A stretch of 64,000 bases of DNA from the NCBI GenBank assembly GCA_013822585.1, contig PNKG01000001.1:1084-65083 (forward strand). Reading direction: 5' to 3'. This DNA is from Opitutus sp. (lineage in GTDB: Bacteria; Verrucomicrobiota; Verrucomicrobiia; Opitutales; Opitutaceae). Of this stretch, positions 10,002 through 19,101 are shown in pieces (position 1 is the first letter of the stretch; each line of letters begins with the position of its first letter). A model generated the notes under the pieces. The model worked only from the letters and a program-made list of their open reading frames with translations, was not told the origin of the DNA and did not search any database. Position numbers and translations under genes: made by a program.

Positions 10002-10662
10002 GGCCGTGGGTGATCGCGTAGTGGATCAGTTTCGGCGTCGTGTGGATGTCGAGCTTGCGCATGATGTCGCGCCGCCGCGATTGCATCGTGGCGGGACTGA
10101 TGCCGATGATCTTCGCAATCTCCTCGTCGCTCTTGGCCTCGCCGATCAGGGAAAGAATCTTCATCTCGTAATCGGACAGCACGCGGTTGAACGCCTTGGG
10201 GTCGTTCCGGAGCCTGGCGCTCGATTCGGTCACCGTCCGGGTGTAGAAGACGTTGCCGCCAAGGACGCTGGACACGGCGTTGCGCAGCACATCGCGGCTT
10301 TGATCGAGTTTGTCGACGAATCCGTGCAGCCCCAAGCGCTGCACCTGGAGCATCGTCCAAGCGTCGCGATGGGCGGAGATGCCGATCACCTTCACCTCCG
10401 GGCACTCGCCCAACACCTGCCGCGCGACCTCCAGCCCGTCGATGTCCGGCAGGGAGAAATCCAGCATCAGCAGATCCGGCCGACGCTCCCGCACGGCCTT
10501 CAGTCCATCAAGGCCCGACGCCGTCTGCAGCAGCACCGTGATGCTCCACTCCTTGAAGCAGGCGGCCAAAAAATCCGAAAACAGGCGGTGATCCTCGACG
10601 ATGACGGCGCTCCGGCCGGTCTTCGCGATTCCCCCCGGATGCGCATGTCTGGTCTGTTTCAC
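9970..10662 (-). CDS. NarL/LuxR-family response regulator
   Basis: IVEDH..PDLLMLDFSLPDIDGL receiver domain and C-terminal LuxR HTH (LS.YEMKIL..IG..KS..EIA..RRDIMRKL). Its 3' end overlaps the kinase 3' end. Start uncertain (ORF open to 10710). Confidence 0.9.
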   Translation of the reverse strand: MKQTRHAHPGGIAKTGRSAVIVEDHRLFSDFLAACFKEWSITVLLQTASGLDGLKAVRERRPDLLMLDFSLPDIDGLEVARQVLGECPEVKVIGISAHRDAWTMLQVQRLGLHGFVDKLDQSRDVLRNAVSSVLGGNVFYTRTVTESSARLRNDPKAFNRVLSDYEMKILSLIGEAKSDEEIAKIIGISPATMQSRRRDIMRKLDIHTTPKLIHYAITHGLTRPDRLGSA

Positions 10663-10754
10663 CGTGTTGCTCACAAGTCGCGACCCTAGATGAACCACCC
10701 TGCGCAGCAAGCCAAGCGTGGACAGGCGCGCCCTTCGTCACTATCGGCGCATCG

Positions 10755-11474
10755 GTGAATCTCCTTCTTTTCCGGCCCGAGGAAACCGGCCGGCCGCTCC
10801 CGGCCCGCGACCCCCGCGCGCGTCATTTGCTGGCCGTGCTGCGCCGCGGCGCCGGCGGCACCTTCGACGCCGGCCTGCTCAACGGTCCGCGCGGCAAGGG
10901 GCGCATCGAGTCCATCTCATCCGACGCGCTCACGCTCTCCTTCCGCTGGGAATCGGACGTTCCGTCCCCCGACCCGATCACACTCATCGTCGGCCTTGCC
11001 CGCCCGCAGACTGCCCGCGACATCCTGCGCGACGCGACGACGCTCGGCGTCGCCGCGATTCACTTCGTCGCAACCGAGAAAAGCGAACCCAGTTACGCGC
11101 AGAGCTCGCTCTGGCGCGAAGGCGAGTGGGAACGTCATCTTCTGGCCGGGGCCGAGCAGGCCTTCTCCACCCTCGTGCCGCAGGTCACCTTCGATCAATC
11201 GCTCGAAACCCTGCTCGCCCAATTGCCGGCCGCGCACACGCGCATCGCACTCGACAATTACGAGGCCGGCCGCGGCCTCGCCGGCCACCCCATCCCGCGC
11301 GATCATCCCCTGGCCCTTGCGCTCGGGCCGGAGCGCGGCTGGGGCGCCTGCGATCGCGTGGCGCTGCGCGGCGCGGGTTTCACTCTGACCCATCTCGGCC
11401 GCCGCGTGCTGCGGCTCGAGACCGCCGCCATCGCCGCCCTCACGCTGACGAAGGCCGCGCGCGGCGCGCTCTGA
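10755..11474 (+). CDS. rsmE: 16S rRNA m3U1498 methyltransferase
   Basis: HLLAVLR, LGPERGW, LGRRVLRLETA SPOUT motifs. Confidence 0.88.
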   Translation: MNLLLFRPEETGRPLPARDPRARHLLAVLRRGAGGTFDAGLLNGPRGKGRIESISSDALTLSFRWESDVPSPDPITLIVGLARPQTARDILRDATTLGVAAIHFVATEKSEPSYAQSSLWREGEWERHLLAGAEQAFSTLVPQVTFDQSLETLLAQLPAAHTRIALDNYEAGRGLAGHPIPRDHPLALALGPERGWGACDRVALRGAGFTLTHLGRRVLRLETAAIAALTLTKAARGAL

Positions 11475-12038
11475 TCAGGCGCGCCTGAAGAAGCACACGG
11501 TCGGCTGGCGCACGCCCTTGCCGAGTCGTTTCACGCAGGTCCATCCTTCCGGCGAGAGCTCGAGTTCGCCGGGCATCTCGAAAACGATCACGGGGTCGTC
11601 TATCTCGGCCAGCGCCACCGCGAGCCGCGCAAACAGTTTGGGGGCGAGCGCCCCGATCGCATCGTAGGGCGGATCGACGAAGACGAGGTTCGGCGCCGCG
11701 CCGCCCGCGAGCGGCGCCGTGGCGGCGTCGGCCGCGACAACGGCGAGATCCGTCGTGTCGCGCCCCAGGCTTTTGCAGACCGCCTCGATGTTGCGACGGA
11801 TGAAGTCCGCCGTCCGGGCGTTGCGCTCGACGAACACTCCGCCCGCCGCCCCACGGCTCAACGCTTCCAGCCCGTAGGCCCCGCTCCCGGCGAAAAGGTC
11901 GAGAAACCGCGCCCCCGGCACGCGGCTCGCGATGCTGGAAAACACCGCCTGCCGCATCGCATCCGTCGCCGGCCGCACTGCATCGCCTTTCGGCAACGCC
12001 AGCGGGATGCCCCGGGCCTGCCCGCCGGTTATGCGCAT
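11475..12038 (-). CDS. rsmD: RsmD-family rRNA methyltransferase
   Basis: MRITGG..RG..L....VRPATD..R..VFS, LDLFAGSGA.GLEALSRGA, FVDPPY. Confidence 0.9.
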   Translation of the reverse strand: MRITGGQARGIPLALPKGDAVRPATDAMRQAVFSSIASRVPGARFLDLFAGSGAYGLEALSRGAAGGVFVERNARTADFIRRNIEAVCKSLGRDTTDLAVVAADAATAPLAGGAAPNLVFVDPPYDAIGALAPKLFARLAVALAEIDDPVIVFEMPGELELSPEGWTCVKRLGKGVRQPTVCFFRRA

Positions 12039-12217
12039 AGGACCTCCCATCCGGATGGCGGCGCCGGCCATCCCGTTCGCCCCGCCATTTGGCACGGAAC
12101 ACTTTCGGCTCTTACGGGTTGAAACATACTGGTTGCGCCACGGCCGGGCTGGATTTACAGCTTCCCGTTCGACCGACCGGAGCCACCACCTAACTGGCTC
12201 ACCACCGTCCAAAGGCA

Positions 12218-13702
12218 ATGCCTTACCTGTCACCAAGCCCACCCTCCCGACTCCCCGTCTGGCTGCTCCTCGCGACTGGGCTGGCCGCGGCTGGGCGGGC
12301 CGAGGAGATCAATTTCTGGCCGATCCGGGTCGAGCAGGTCGACGATCGCAACGGCGCACGGGTGGCAAACCAGACCTTCGGTCCGCTGATGGGCGAAAAG
12401 CTCGGCGCCGACGGCACGGCGCAAAAAATCTGGCGCCCGGTCTTCCTGCATCAGGCCAGAGGCGAGGCCGAGACATTCCATCTCCTCTACCCGCTCTTCA
12501 CTTGGCAGCGGGAAAAGGACCACTCCTACTTCACCTTCATCCAGCTCCTGAACAGCCGCCGCACGGTCGGCCCGCATGGCGGGCAACAGCGCGCGTTCGA
12601 CGTCTGGCCGTTCTATTTCTCCCGCGACACCGGCGACCCGGCCACGAGCTACCGGGCCCTCATGCCCTTCGCGGGCACGATCAAACACCGTTTCGGCAAG
12701 GACGAGCTGGCGTGGACGCTCTTTCCCCTTTCCCTCGATGTGGCCGCCCAAGGCCGGCACACGCACTACACGCCCTGGCCGTTCATCCGCCGGATCGATG
12801 GCGCCGGCCACCACGGCTTCGAGTTCTGGCCGCTCTTCGGCTCGCGCGGGCGCGCGGGCGATTACCGCGAGCAATTCTACCTCTGGCCGCTGCTCTACAA
12901 ACAGGAGCGGAACCTTTCCGCCGCCCGGCCCGACGTGAAGTCCGGCTTCCTGCCCTTCTACACGCGCGACACCGGCCCCGGCTACCTCAGCGAGAACTAC
13001 CTCTGGCCGTTTTTCGGCTACACCGACCGCACCGAGCCGAAGCGCTACCATGAAACGCGCTACCTCTGGCCGCTGCTCGTGCAGGGCCGGGGCGATGAAC
13101 GCCACGTGAACCGCTGGGCGCCGTTCTATTCGCACTCGGTGGTGAAGGGCTACGACAAGACCTGGCTGCTCTTTCCGCTCATCCGCCACGCCGAGTGGCG
13201 GGATCCGGGCATCGCGCACGAGCGGAACCAGTTCCTCTATTTCCTCTACTGGTCGCACGAGCAGCGCAGCCTCGCCAGCCCCGCCGCCGCACCCGCCTAC
13301 AAAAAGCACCTCTGGCCGCTGTTCAGCGTCTGGGACAACGGCGCGGGCCGCCGGCAGCTCCAGCTGTTCAGCCCGCTCGAGGTCTTCTTCCCCAACAACG
13401 AGCCTCTCCGCCAGCTCTACTCGCCGCTCTTCGCCGTCTACCGCCACGACCGCCGCGGGCCGGACGAGGTGCACTGGAGTTTTCTCTGGAGCCTGCTCAG
13501 CCGCACGCGCACGGCCACCGAACGCGAATTCCACCTCGGCCCGCTCTTCGGCACGCGCCGCGACCCCGCCGGCGAGCGCGTCACGTTCGGCAGCGGCCTG
13601 CTGGTCTGGCGCCGCCCTGCCGGCGCGGCCCGCTGGAAATTTTCCCTCTTCGATTTCCGCCGCACCTCCGACATCCGCGGCCAGCCGGCCGCGTCCCCAT
13701 GA
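12218..13702 (+). CDS. Exported hypothetical protein with ~20 aromatic [W/F/Y]P[L/F] repeats; first gene of the mla operon
   Basis: Signal peptide; recurring units such as NFWPI, LYPLF, VWPFY, PWPFI, FWPLF, LWPLL, LWPFF, LFPLI, LWPLF, LGPLF. Its stop overlaps the mlaE ATG. Confidence 0.8.
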   Translation: MPYLSPSPPSRLPVWLLLATGLAAAGRAEEINFWPIRVEQVDDRNGARVANQTFGPLMGEKLGADGTAQKIWRPVFLHQARGEAETFHLLYPLFTWQREKDHSYFTFIQLLNSRRTVGPHGGQQRAFDVWPFYFSRDTGDPATSYRALMPFAGTIKHRFGKDELAWTLFPLSLDVAAQGRHTHYTPWPFIRRIDGAGHHGFEFWPLFGSRGRAGDYREQFYLWPLLYKQERNLSAARPDVKSGFLPFYTRDTGPGYLSENYLWPFFGYTDRTEPKRYHETRYLWPLLVQGRGDERHVNRWAPFYSHSVVKGYDKTWLLFPLIRHAEWRDPGIAHERNQFLYFLYWSHEQRSLASPAAAPAYKKHLWPLFSVWDNGAGRRQLQLFSPLEVFFPNNEPLRQLYSPLFAVYRHDRRGPDEVHWSFLWSLLSRTRTATEREFHLGPLFGTRRDPAGERVTFGSGLLVWRRPAGAARWKFSLFDFRRTSDIRGQPAASP

Positions 13703-14451
13703 AACAACTCACCCTCGTCCTCGGCCACATCGGCGGCGTCGTGCTGTTGCTGACGCGCACGCTGAAATTCACGCCCACACTGCCGCGCCAGTCTGCGCGC
13801 TTCGTCGAGCAGTGCTTCCTCATCGGCTACACCTCCCTGCCGATCGTCACCATCCTGAGCTTCTTCATCGGCAGCGTGCTCGCCCTGCAGAGCGGCTACT
13901 CGATGGAGAACTTCGGCGCCAAGCAGTTCATCGGCACGCTCGTCGGGCTCTCGATGACGCGCGAGCTCGGCCCGGTGATGGTCGCCATCCTCATCGCCGG
14001 CCGCGTCGGCTCCGCCATCACCGCCGAGCTGGCCTCGATGAAGGTCTACCAGGAGGTCGACGCGCTGGTGACGATGAACATCCCGCCCGAGCGCATGCTC
14101 GTGCTGCCGCGCCTCGCCGCCGTGCTCTGCATGATGCCGGTGCTCACCCTCATCGCCAACCTCTGCGGCTGGTATGGCGGCGCGCTCATCTGCCAATACA
14201 CCCAGTTCATTTCCGTCCCGAGCGAATCCTACTTCGCCGCCCTGAAGCGCTACATGGACTGGAAGGACATCGCCGACGGCCTGCTCAAGGCCGAGGTCTT
14301 CGGCTTCGTGGTCGTGCTGGTCTGCTGCTACATCGGCCTCAACACCCGCGGCGGCCCGCGCGAGATCGGCGCCTCGGTCACCAAGGCCGTCGTCACCTCG
14401 CTCATCCTCATCCTCGTGCTCGACTACTTCGTCACCAAGGCGCTGCTCTGA
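13699..14451 (+). CDS. mlaE: MlaE-family ABC permease
   Basis: RELGPVMVAILIAGRVGSAITAELASMKVYQEVDAL..M, GGPREIG..VTKAVV. Confidence 0.93.
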   Translation: MKQLTLVLGHIGGVVLLLTRTLKFTPTLPRQSARFVEQCFLIGYTSLPIVTILSFFIGSVLALQSGYSMENFGAKQFIGTLVGLSMTRELGPVMVAILIAGRVGSAITAELASMKVYQEVDALVTMNIPPERMLVLPRLAAVLCMMPVLTLIANLCGWYGGALICQYTQFISVPSESYFAALKRYMDWKDIADGLLKAEVFGFVVVLVCCYIGLNTRGGPREIGASVTKAVVTSLILILVLDYFVTKALL

Positions 14452-14453
14452 CC

Positions 14454-15257
14454 ATGGCCTCTTCCCCCACCGCCGCTCCCTTCGCCGGGAAGACCTTCGG
14501 CGTCACCGTGTCGAACCTCACCAAGCTGTTCGCCGGCGTCGCCGTCCTGAAGGACATCAGCCTGGAGGTCCGCCCCGGCGAGATTTTCTGCATCATGGGC
14601 CCCAGCGGCTCGGGCAAGAGCGTGCTCCTGAAACATATCGCCGGCCTCGAGACCGCCACGAGCGGCGAGGTGCGCATCGGGCAGTTCGACGCCGCCGACC
14701 CGGCGACGCGCGAGAAGGTCCACCTCGCCCTCGTCTTCCAGGCCGGCGCGCTGTTCAACTCGCTCACCGTCTACGACAACCTCGCACTCTATCCGCGCGA
14801 GCACCGGCTCTGCAACGAGGCCGGCATCCGCGAGCGCGTCATGCACGCCCTCTCCATCCTCTCGCTCGAGAAGGCCGCGCACAAATTCCCCTCCGAGCTC
14901 TCCGGCGGCATGAAGAAGCGCGTGGCCATCGCCCGCGCCCTCGTCATGGAGCCGCAGCTGCTGCTCTACGACGAGCCCACCTCCGAGCTCGATCCCGTGA
15001 TGGGCGCCACCATCAGCGAGATCATCGCCACCCTGCGCCGGCAGACCGCCGTCACCAGCATCGTCGTCACGCACGACCGCGACCTCGCGCTCAGCATCGC
15101 CGACCGCATCGCCATCATCATGGACGGCCGCATCCGCGCCACGGGCCGGCCGGACGACTTCCGCGAACCGAAAGACCCGCAGATCGCCAATTTCCTCATG
15201 CCGGTCATCGACCTGCAGAACCCCCGTTTCAAGCAACTGGAGAACAACCATGAATAA
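14454..15257 (+). CDS. mlaF: MlaF-family ABC ATPase
   Basis: GPSGSGKS, LSGGMKKRVAIARAL, LLYDEPTSELDP, VTHD. Confidence 0.93.
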   Translation: MASSPTAAPFAGKTFGVTVSNLTKLFAGVAVLKDISLEVRPGEIFCIMGPSGSGKSVLLKHIAGLETATSGEVRIGQFDAADPATREKVHLALVFQAGALFNSLTVYDNLALYPREHRLCNEAGIRERVMHALSILSLEKAAHKFPSELSGGMKKRVAIARALVMEPQLLLYDEPTSELDPVMGATISEIIATLRRQTAVTSIVVTHDRDLALSIADRIAIIMDGRIRATGRPDDFREPKDPQIANFLMPVIDLQNPRFKQLENNHE

Positions 15258-16236
15258 CATGCAACAGACCGTCCGCGTCGGCCTCTTCTTCCTGCTGGGC
15301 TGCGCGCTTGCCTGGATCACCTTCGAGTCCCTCAGCGGTGGCCAGATCTTCCGGAAGAGCGGCTACACCGTCATCGCGCCCTTCGCCAATCTCAAGGGCC
15401 TCAAGGCCGGCGACGAGGTGCTCATGGCCGGCGTCAAGATCGGCACTGTCTCCCAGACGCGCCTCGCCAACCGCCAGGTCGAGGCCGTCCTCACCATCGA
15501 GCCGAAGGTCCAGATCCCCGACGATGCCGTCGCCTCGGTCGAGACCTCCAGCCTCCTCGGCAGTCAGCACCTCGCCGTCAGCTTCGGCAGCTCCCCCACG
15601 ATGCTGAAGAACGGCGATGTGATCAAAACCAAGACCACCGTCGACATGAACGAGGTCATCGCCCAGCTCGGCTCCCTCGGCGCCAAGCTCGAGGGCGTGG
15701 CCGACAACATCGGCAAGGCCCTCGGCGGCGACAGCGGCGGCTCGCTCTTCGCCAAGGTCGACAAGCTCGTCGAGGACAACGGCCCCAAGCTCACCGAGAC
15801 CATCGCCCACCTGCAGGACATCACCGCCAAGCTGAAAAGCGGCGAAGGCACGCTCGGCAAGCTGGTCAACGACCCGAAGCTGCACGACGAACTCCTCGGC
15901 GCGGTAGGCGAAATCAGGACCGCCGCGGCCGACGCCAGGGTGTTCATGAGCGACACGCGCGGCATCGTGGCCGACGTGAAAGCCGGCAAGGGCGCCATCG
16001 GCGCCCTGCTCTACGACCCCGCCACGGCCGACAACCTCAAGCTCACGATGAACAACCTCCGCGATCTCTCCGCCAAGCTCAACCGCGGCGAGGGCACGCT
16101 CGGCAAACTCCTCGCCGACGACTCGATGTATAAGGAAATCCAGGGCGTGGTGAAGAAAGCCGACCGCGCCCTCGACGGCTTCGGCGACCAGGGGCCGATC
16201 GCCGCCGTCGGCGTGCTGGCCAATTCGCTCTTCTGA
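15250..16236 (+). CDS. mlaD: MlaD/MCE-domain protein with long helical extension
   Basis: VRVGLF TM segment, GLKAGDEV..AGVKIG.V MCE motif, repeated G.GTLGKL..D helical units. Confidence 0.9.
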   Translation: MNNMQQTVRVGLFFLLGCALAWITFESLSGGQIFRKSGYTVIAPFANLKGLKAGDEVLMAGVKIGTVSQTRLANRQVEAVLTIEPKVQIPDDAVASVETSSLLGSQHLAVSFGSSPTMLKNGDVIKTKTTVDMNEVIAQLGSLGAKLEGVADNIGKALGGDSGGSLFAKVDKLVEDNGPKLTETIAHLQDITAKLKSGEGTLGKLVNDPKLHDELLGAVGEIRTAAADARVFMSDTRGIVADVKAGKGAIGALLYDPATADNLKLTMNNLRDLSAKLNRGEGTLGKLLADDSMYKEIQGVVKKADRALDGFGDQGPIAAVGVLANSLF

Positions 16237-16268
16237 TCGCCCTGCGCGAGTTGTTCTCCAGCCTTCCA

Positions 16269-16297
16269 ACCCGCGCCCGGCTGGCGCGGGTTTTTTT
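16269..16297 (+). terminator. Rho-independent terminator of the mla operon
   Basis: CCCGCGCC-CGGCT-GGCGCGGG followed by T7. Confidence 0.75.
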
Positions 16298-16364
16298 CCG
16301 CCGCGGGGCGGGCCCCTTGGTCCGCGCGCTTGCCGTCCCGGCAGTCCGGCGCTTGGCTGCGCCC

Positions 16365-16778
16365 ATGCCTCTCGTGCTCCAGTTGATGCCCGGCGAGTTC
16401 GCCGTGGCCCGGCTCGCCCCTTCGGCGCCCATCCCCGAGTGGGCCCATGCGGCCGCGTTCAGCTCCATCACCCGCACGGCCGACGAGCTGTCGATCATCT
16501 GCCCGGCCGCCCAAGTCCCGGCGGAGGTGAAGCAGGAGCGCGGCTGGGCGATGCTCGGATTCCAGGGGCCCTTCGGGTTCACGCTGACCGGCGTGCTTTC
16601 CTCCGTGCTTGCCCCGCTGGCCGCCGCCAAGATCGGCGTCCTCGCCGTCTCCACCTTCGACACGGATTACCTCATGGTGAAACAGGCCGATCTGGAAACC
16701 GCGATCACCGCCCTCCGGGCCGCCGGCCACACGTGCGCCGTTGAGCTTGCACGCGGCCCGCTTCCCCCGCCGACATGA
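16365..16778 (+). CDS. ACT-domain protein (DUF2241/CASTOR-like)
   Basis: FSSITRTADELSIIC, GP.GF.LTGVLSS..PLA.A.I..LAVSTFDTDYLMV. Confidence 0.85.
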   Translation: MPLVLQLMPGEFAVARLAPSAPIPEWAHAAAFSSITRTADELSIICPAAQVPAEVKQERGWAMLGFQGPFGFTLTGVLSSVLAPLAAAKIGVLAVSTFDTDYLMVKQADLETAITALRAAGHTCAVELARGPLPPPT

Positions 16779-17296
16779 CCCAGCCCACCTTCCACCCGAT
16801 GGGCGAGGCCGACTGGCCGGAAGTGCGGCGCATCTACGCCGAGGGCATCGCGACCGGCCTCGCCACGTTCGAGGCTGCGCCGCCGGAGCATTGGGCCGAC
16901 TTCATCAGGACCAAGGTCGCCGATTGCTGCCTCGTCGCCCGGGACACCCGGGGCGCCATGGTCGCGTGGGCCGTGCTCATCCCCGTGTCGTCCCGCCACG
17001 TCTACCGCGGCGTCGCGGAGATGAGCCTCTACGTTTCCGCCTCGCACCGCGGCCGCCGCGTGGGCGACGCGCTGATGGCCGCGATGATCCGCCACAGCGA
17101 GGCCAAGGGATTCTGGACGTTGCAGTCGTCCACGTTTCCGCAGAACGCCGCCAGCCTCGCGCTGCAGCGGCGGCACGGTTTCCATATTGTCGGCATCCGC
17201 GAGAAGATCGGCCGGATGCCGCAGGGCCCGCTCGCGGGGCGATGGTGCGACACGCTGCTGCTCGAACGCCGCAGCCGGATCGCGGGTCAGGCCTGA
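16775..17296 (+). CDS. GNAT acetyltransferase, phosphinothricin/MnaT(YncA) family
   Basis: IY.EGI.TG.ATFE, VSSR.VYRGVAE.SLYV...RGRRVG..L, N.ASL.L....GF..VG.RE. Confidence 0.9.
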   Translation: MTQPTFHPMGEADWPEVRRIYAEGIATGLATFEAAPPEHWADFIRTKVADCCLVARDTRGAMVAWAVLIPVSSRHVYRGVAEMSLYVSASHRGRRVGDALMAAMIRHSEAKGFWTLQSSTFPQNAASLALQRRHGFHIVGIREKIGRMPQGPLAGRWCDTLLLERRSRIAGQA

Positions 17297-18960
17297 GCCG
17301 GCTGCGGCGCGCGCCGCAGCGGCAGCTCGAAGCGGAACGTCGTGCCGCGCCCCAACGCGCTCTCGCAGTCCACGCACCCGCCGAGCGCGTCGACCACGCG
17401 CTTGGCTATCCAGAGGCCGAGGCCGGAGCTCTTCTCGCCCGCGGTCGGCCGTGCGCTGCCGCGCCCGAATTTCCGGAACAGGCGCTCCACCTCCTCGGGG
17501 CACATCCCGGGTCCGCCGTCGGTCACGGTCAGCCGCATTGCGGCCTGGTCGGCGGTGAGCACAATCTCGATCGACCGGCCGGCGGGGGAATATTTCACGG
17601 CGTTCGACAGCAGGTTGTCCACGACCTGACGCAGGGCGCCTTCGTCCGTCTCGGCCACCACCTCCGTCGCAGGCAGGACGAGTTCGAGGCGCAGCTGCTT
17701 GAGCGCCGCCGGTTCGGTGAAGGACTCGACGGCGGCGCGGACCGTGCGGACGATGTCGACCGGGGCGAAGTGATACCGGCGCTGGCCGGCCTCGATGGCG
17801 CTGGCATCCATCAGGTCGTCGATGAGCCGCGTCATCTTCTGGGTGTGGCTGCGCAGGCGGGCCACCGTCTCGACGTGCTCGCGCGGCAACCCGCCGAGGC
17901 GGAGCAGATCGGCGCCCATCACGACGGAGGTGAGCGGATTGCGGAGGTCGTGCGCGAGCATGTGCATGAGCTCCGACTTCTCCTCGTTGGCGTGCGTCAG
18001 CCGTTCGTGCGCCTCCTCCAGCTCGGCCTGGACCCGGCGGCGCTCGGCCAGCTCGCGCGCGAGGCGACGGTTGTGCCAGAGCACGCCGCCGCCCACGAGG
18101 AAGGCCAGCGCCACCACGGCGGCCGCGACGCGCACGGCGCGCCCCGCCCAGCGGCTTTCCTCCAGGTTCACCCCCACCCAGCGGTTCGAGATGGCGTGCC
18201 GCTCCGCCGGGGTGATGCCGGCCAGCGCCTTGTTCAGAATGCCCACCAGCCGGGGCAGGTCCTTGCGCACGCCCATGTAGTTCTCGTTGGCGACCCCGCG
18301 GCTCTCCAGCACAACGCCGAGGTGCAGATTGGACAGGCCCCGGGCCTTGATGACGTAGATGGCGTTGGCGGCGTCGGAGAGCGCCGCGAACACCTCGCCC
18401 TTGGAGACCGCCACCAAGGCCGCCTCCGACGACGGGTATTCGACAATCTGCGGGTCGGGCATGGCGGCCTCCACCATGAGGCGCATCGCCGTGTAGCCTT
18501 CCACGACCGCGATGCGCCGCCCGCGCAGATTCCCGAGCTCGAAGCCCACCAGGGTGTTGTCACGCGTGATGATCACGTCGGGCGAATAACCGTAGGGGTG
18601 GGTGTAGGTCAGGAACGTTTCGCGTTCCTTCAAGCTGCCGAGGCTCATGAGCAGATCGAGCCGGCCGGCCTTGAACTCCTCGACCACCTGCGTCCAACTC
18701 TCGCGCGTCTCGTGGTGAAAACGCAGGCCCGTGCGCCGGGCGATGAGCTCCAGCACGTCGGGATCGAAGCCCACGATCGTCCCGTCGGGATTGCGCAGGG
18801 CGTAAGGCGGATACGTGACGTCGTGGCCGACGCGCACGAGCGGATGGGCCGCAATCCAGGCCTTCTCCTCGGCGGTGAGGCCGATGTCGGCGTCCGCCGC
18901 GGGCATGCGCGACGCAAGCAGTCCAAGCGCCAACAGGAGCGGGGGGAGTTTTCGTTTCAC
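17287..18960 (-). CDS. Sensor histidine kinase with periplasmic family-3 solute-binding domain
   Basis: LT.EE.AWI..HP..RVG....YPP; TM; AHDLRNPL; DNLLSNAVKYSP; SSGLGLWI. Start approximate (ORF open to 18993). Confidence 0.9.
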   Translation of the reverse strand: MKRKLPPLLLALGLLASRMPAADADIGLTAEEKAWIAAHPLVRVGHDVTYPPYALRNPDGTIVGFDPDVLELIARRTGLRFHHETRESWTQVVEEFKAGRLDLLMSLGSLKERETFLTYTHPYGYSPDVIITRDNTLVGFELGNLRGRRIAVVEGYTAMRLMVEAAMPDPQIVEYPSSEAALVAVSKGEVFAALSDAANAIYVIKARGLSNLHLGVVLESRGVANENYMGVRKDLPRLVGILNKALAGITPAERHAISNRWVGVNLEESRWAGRAVRVAAAVVALAFLVGGGVLWHNRRLARELAERRRVQAELEEAHERLTHANEEKSELMHMLAHDLRNPLTSVVMGADLLRLGGLPREHVETVARLRSHTQKMTRLIDDLMDASAIEAGQRRYHFAPVDIVRTVRAAVESFTEPAALKQLRLELVLPATEVVAETDEGALRQVVDNLLSNAVKYSPAGRSIEIVLTADQAAMRLTVTDGGPGMCPEEVERLFRKFGRGSARPTAGEKSSGLGLWIAKRVVDALGGCVDCESALGRGTTFRFELPLRRAPQPAQA

Positions 18961-19101
18961 GACATGGAGGGGCACCGGTGCGGAAACGCCCAAACGGGAG
19001 AGGACGACCCTTTTATCGGCACAAACGCGCGGAACGCGAGCCGGATTCCGACCCCGGCCGGAAGGACGGAGGCGGAGCCGGCGCCCGGCGCGGCGGCGAA
19101 C

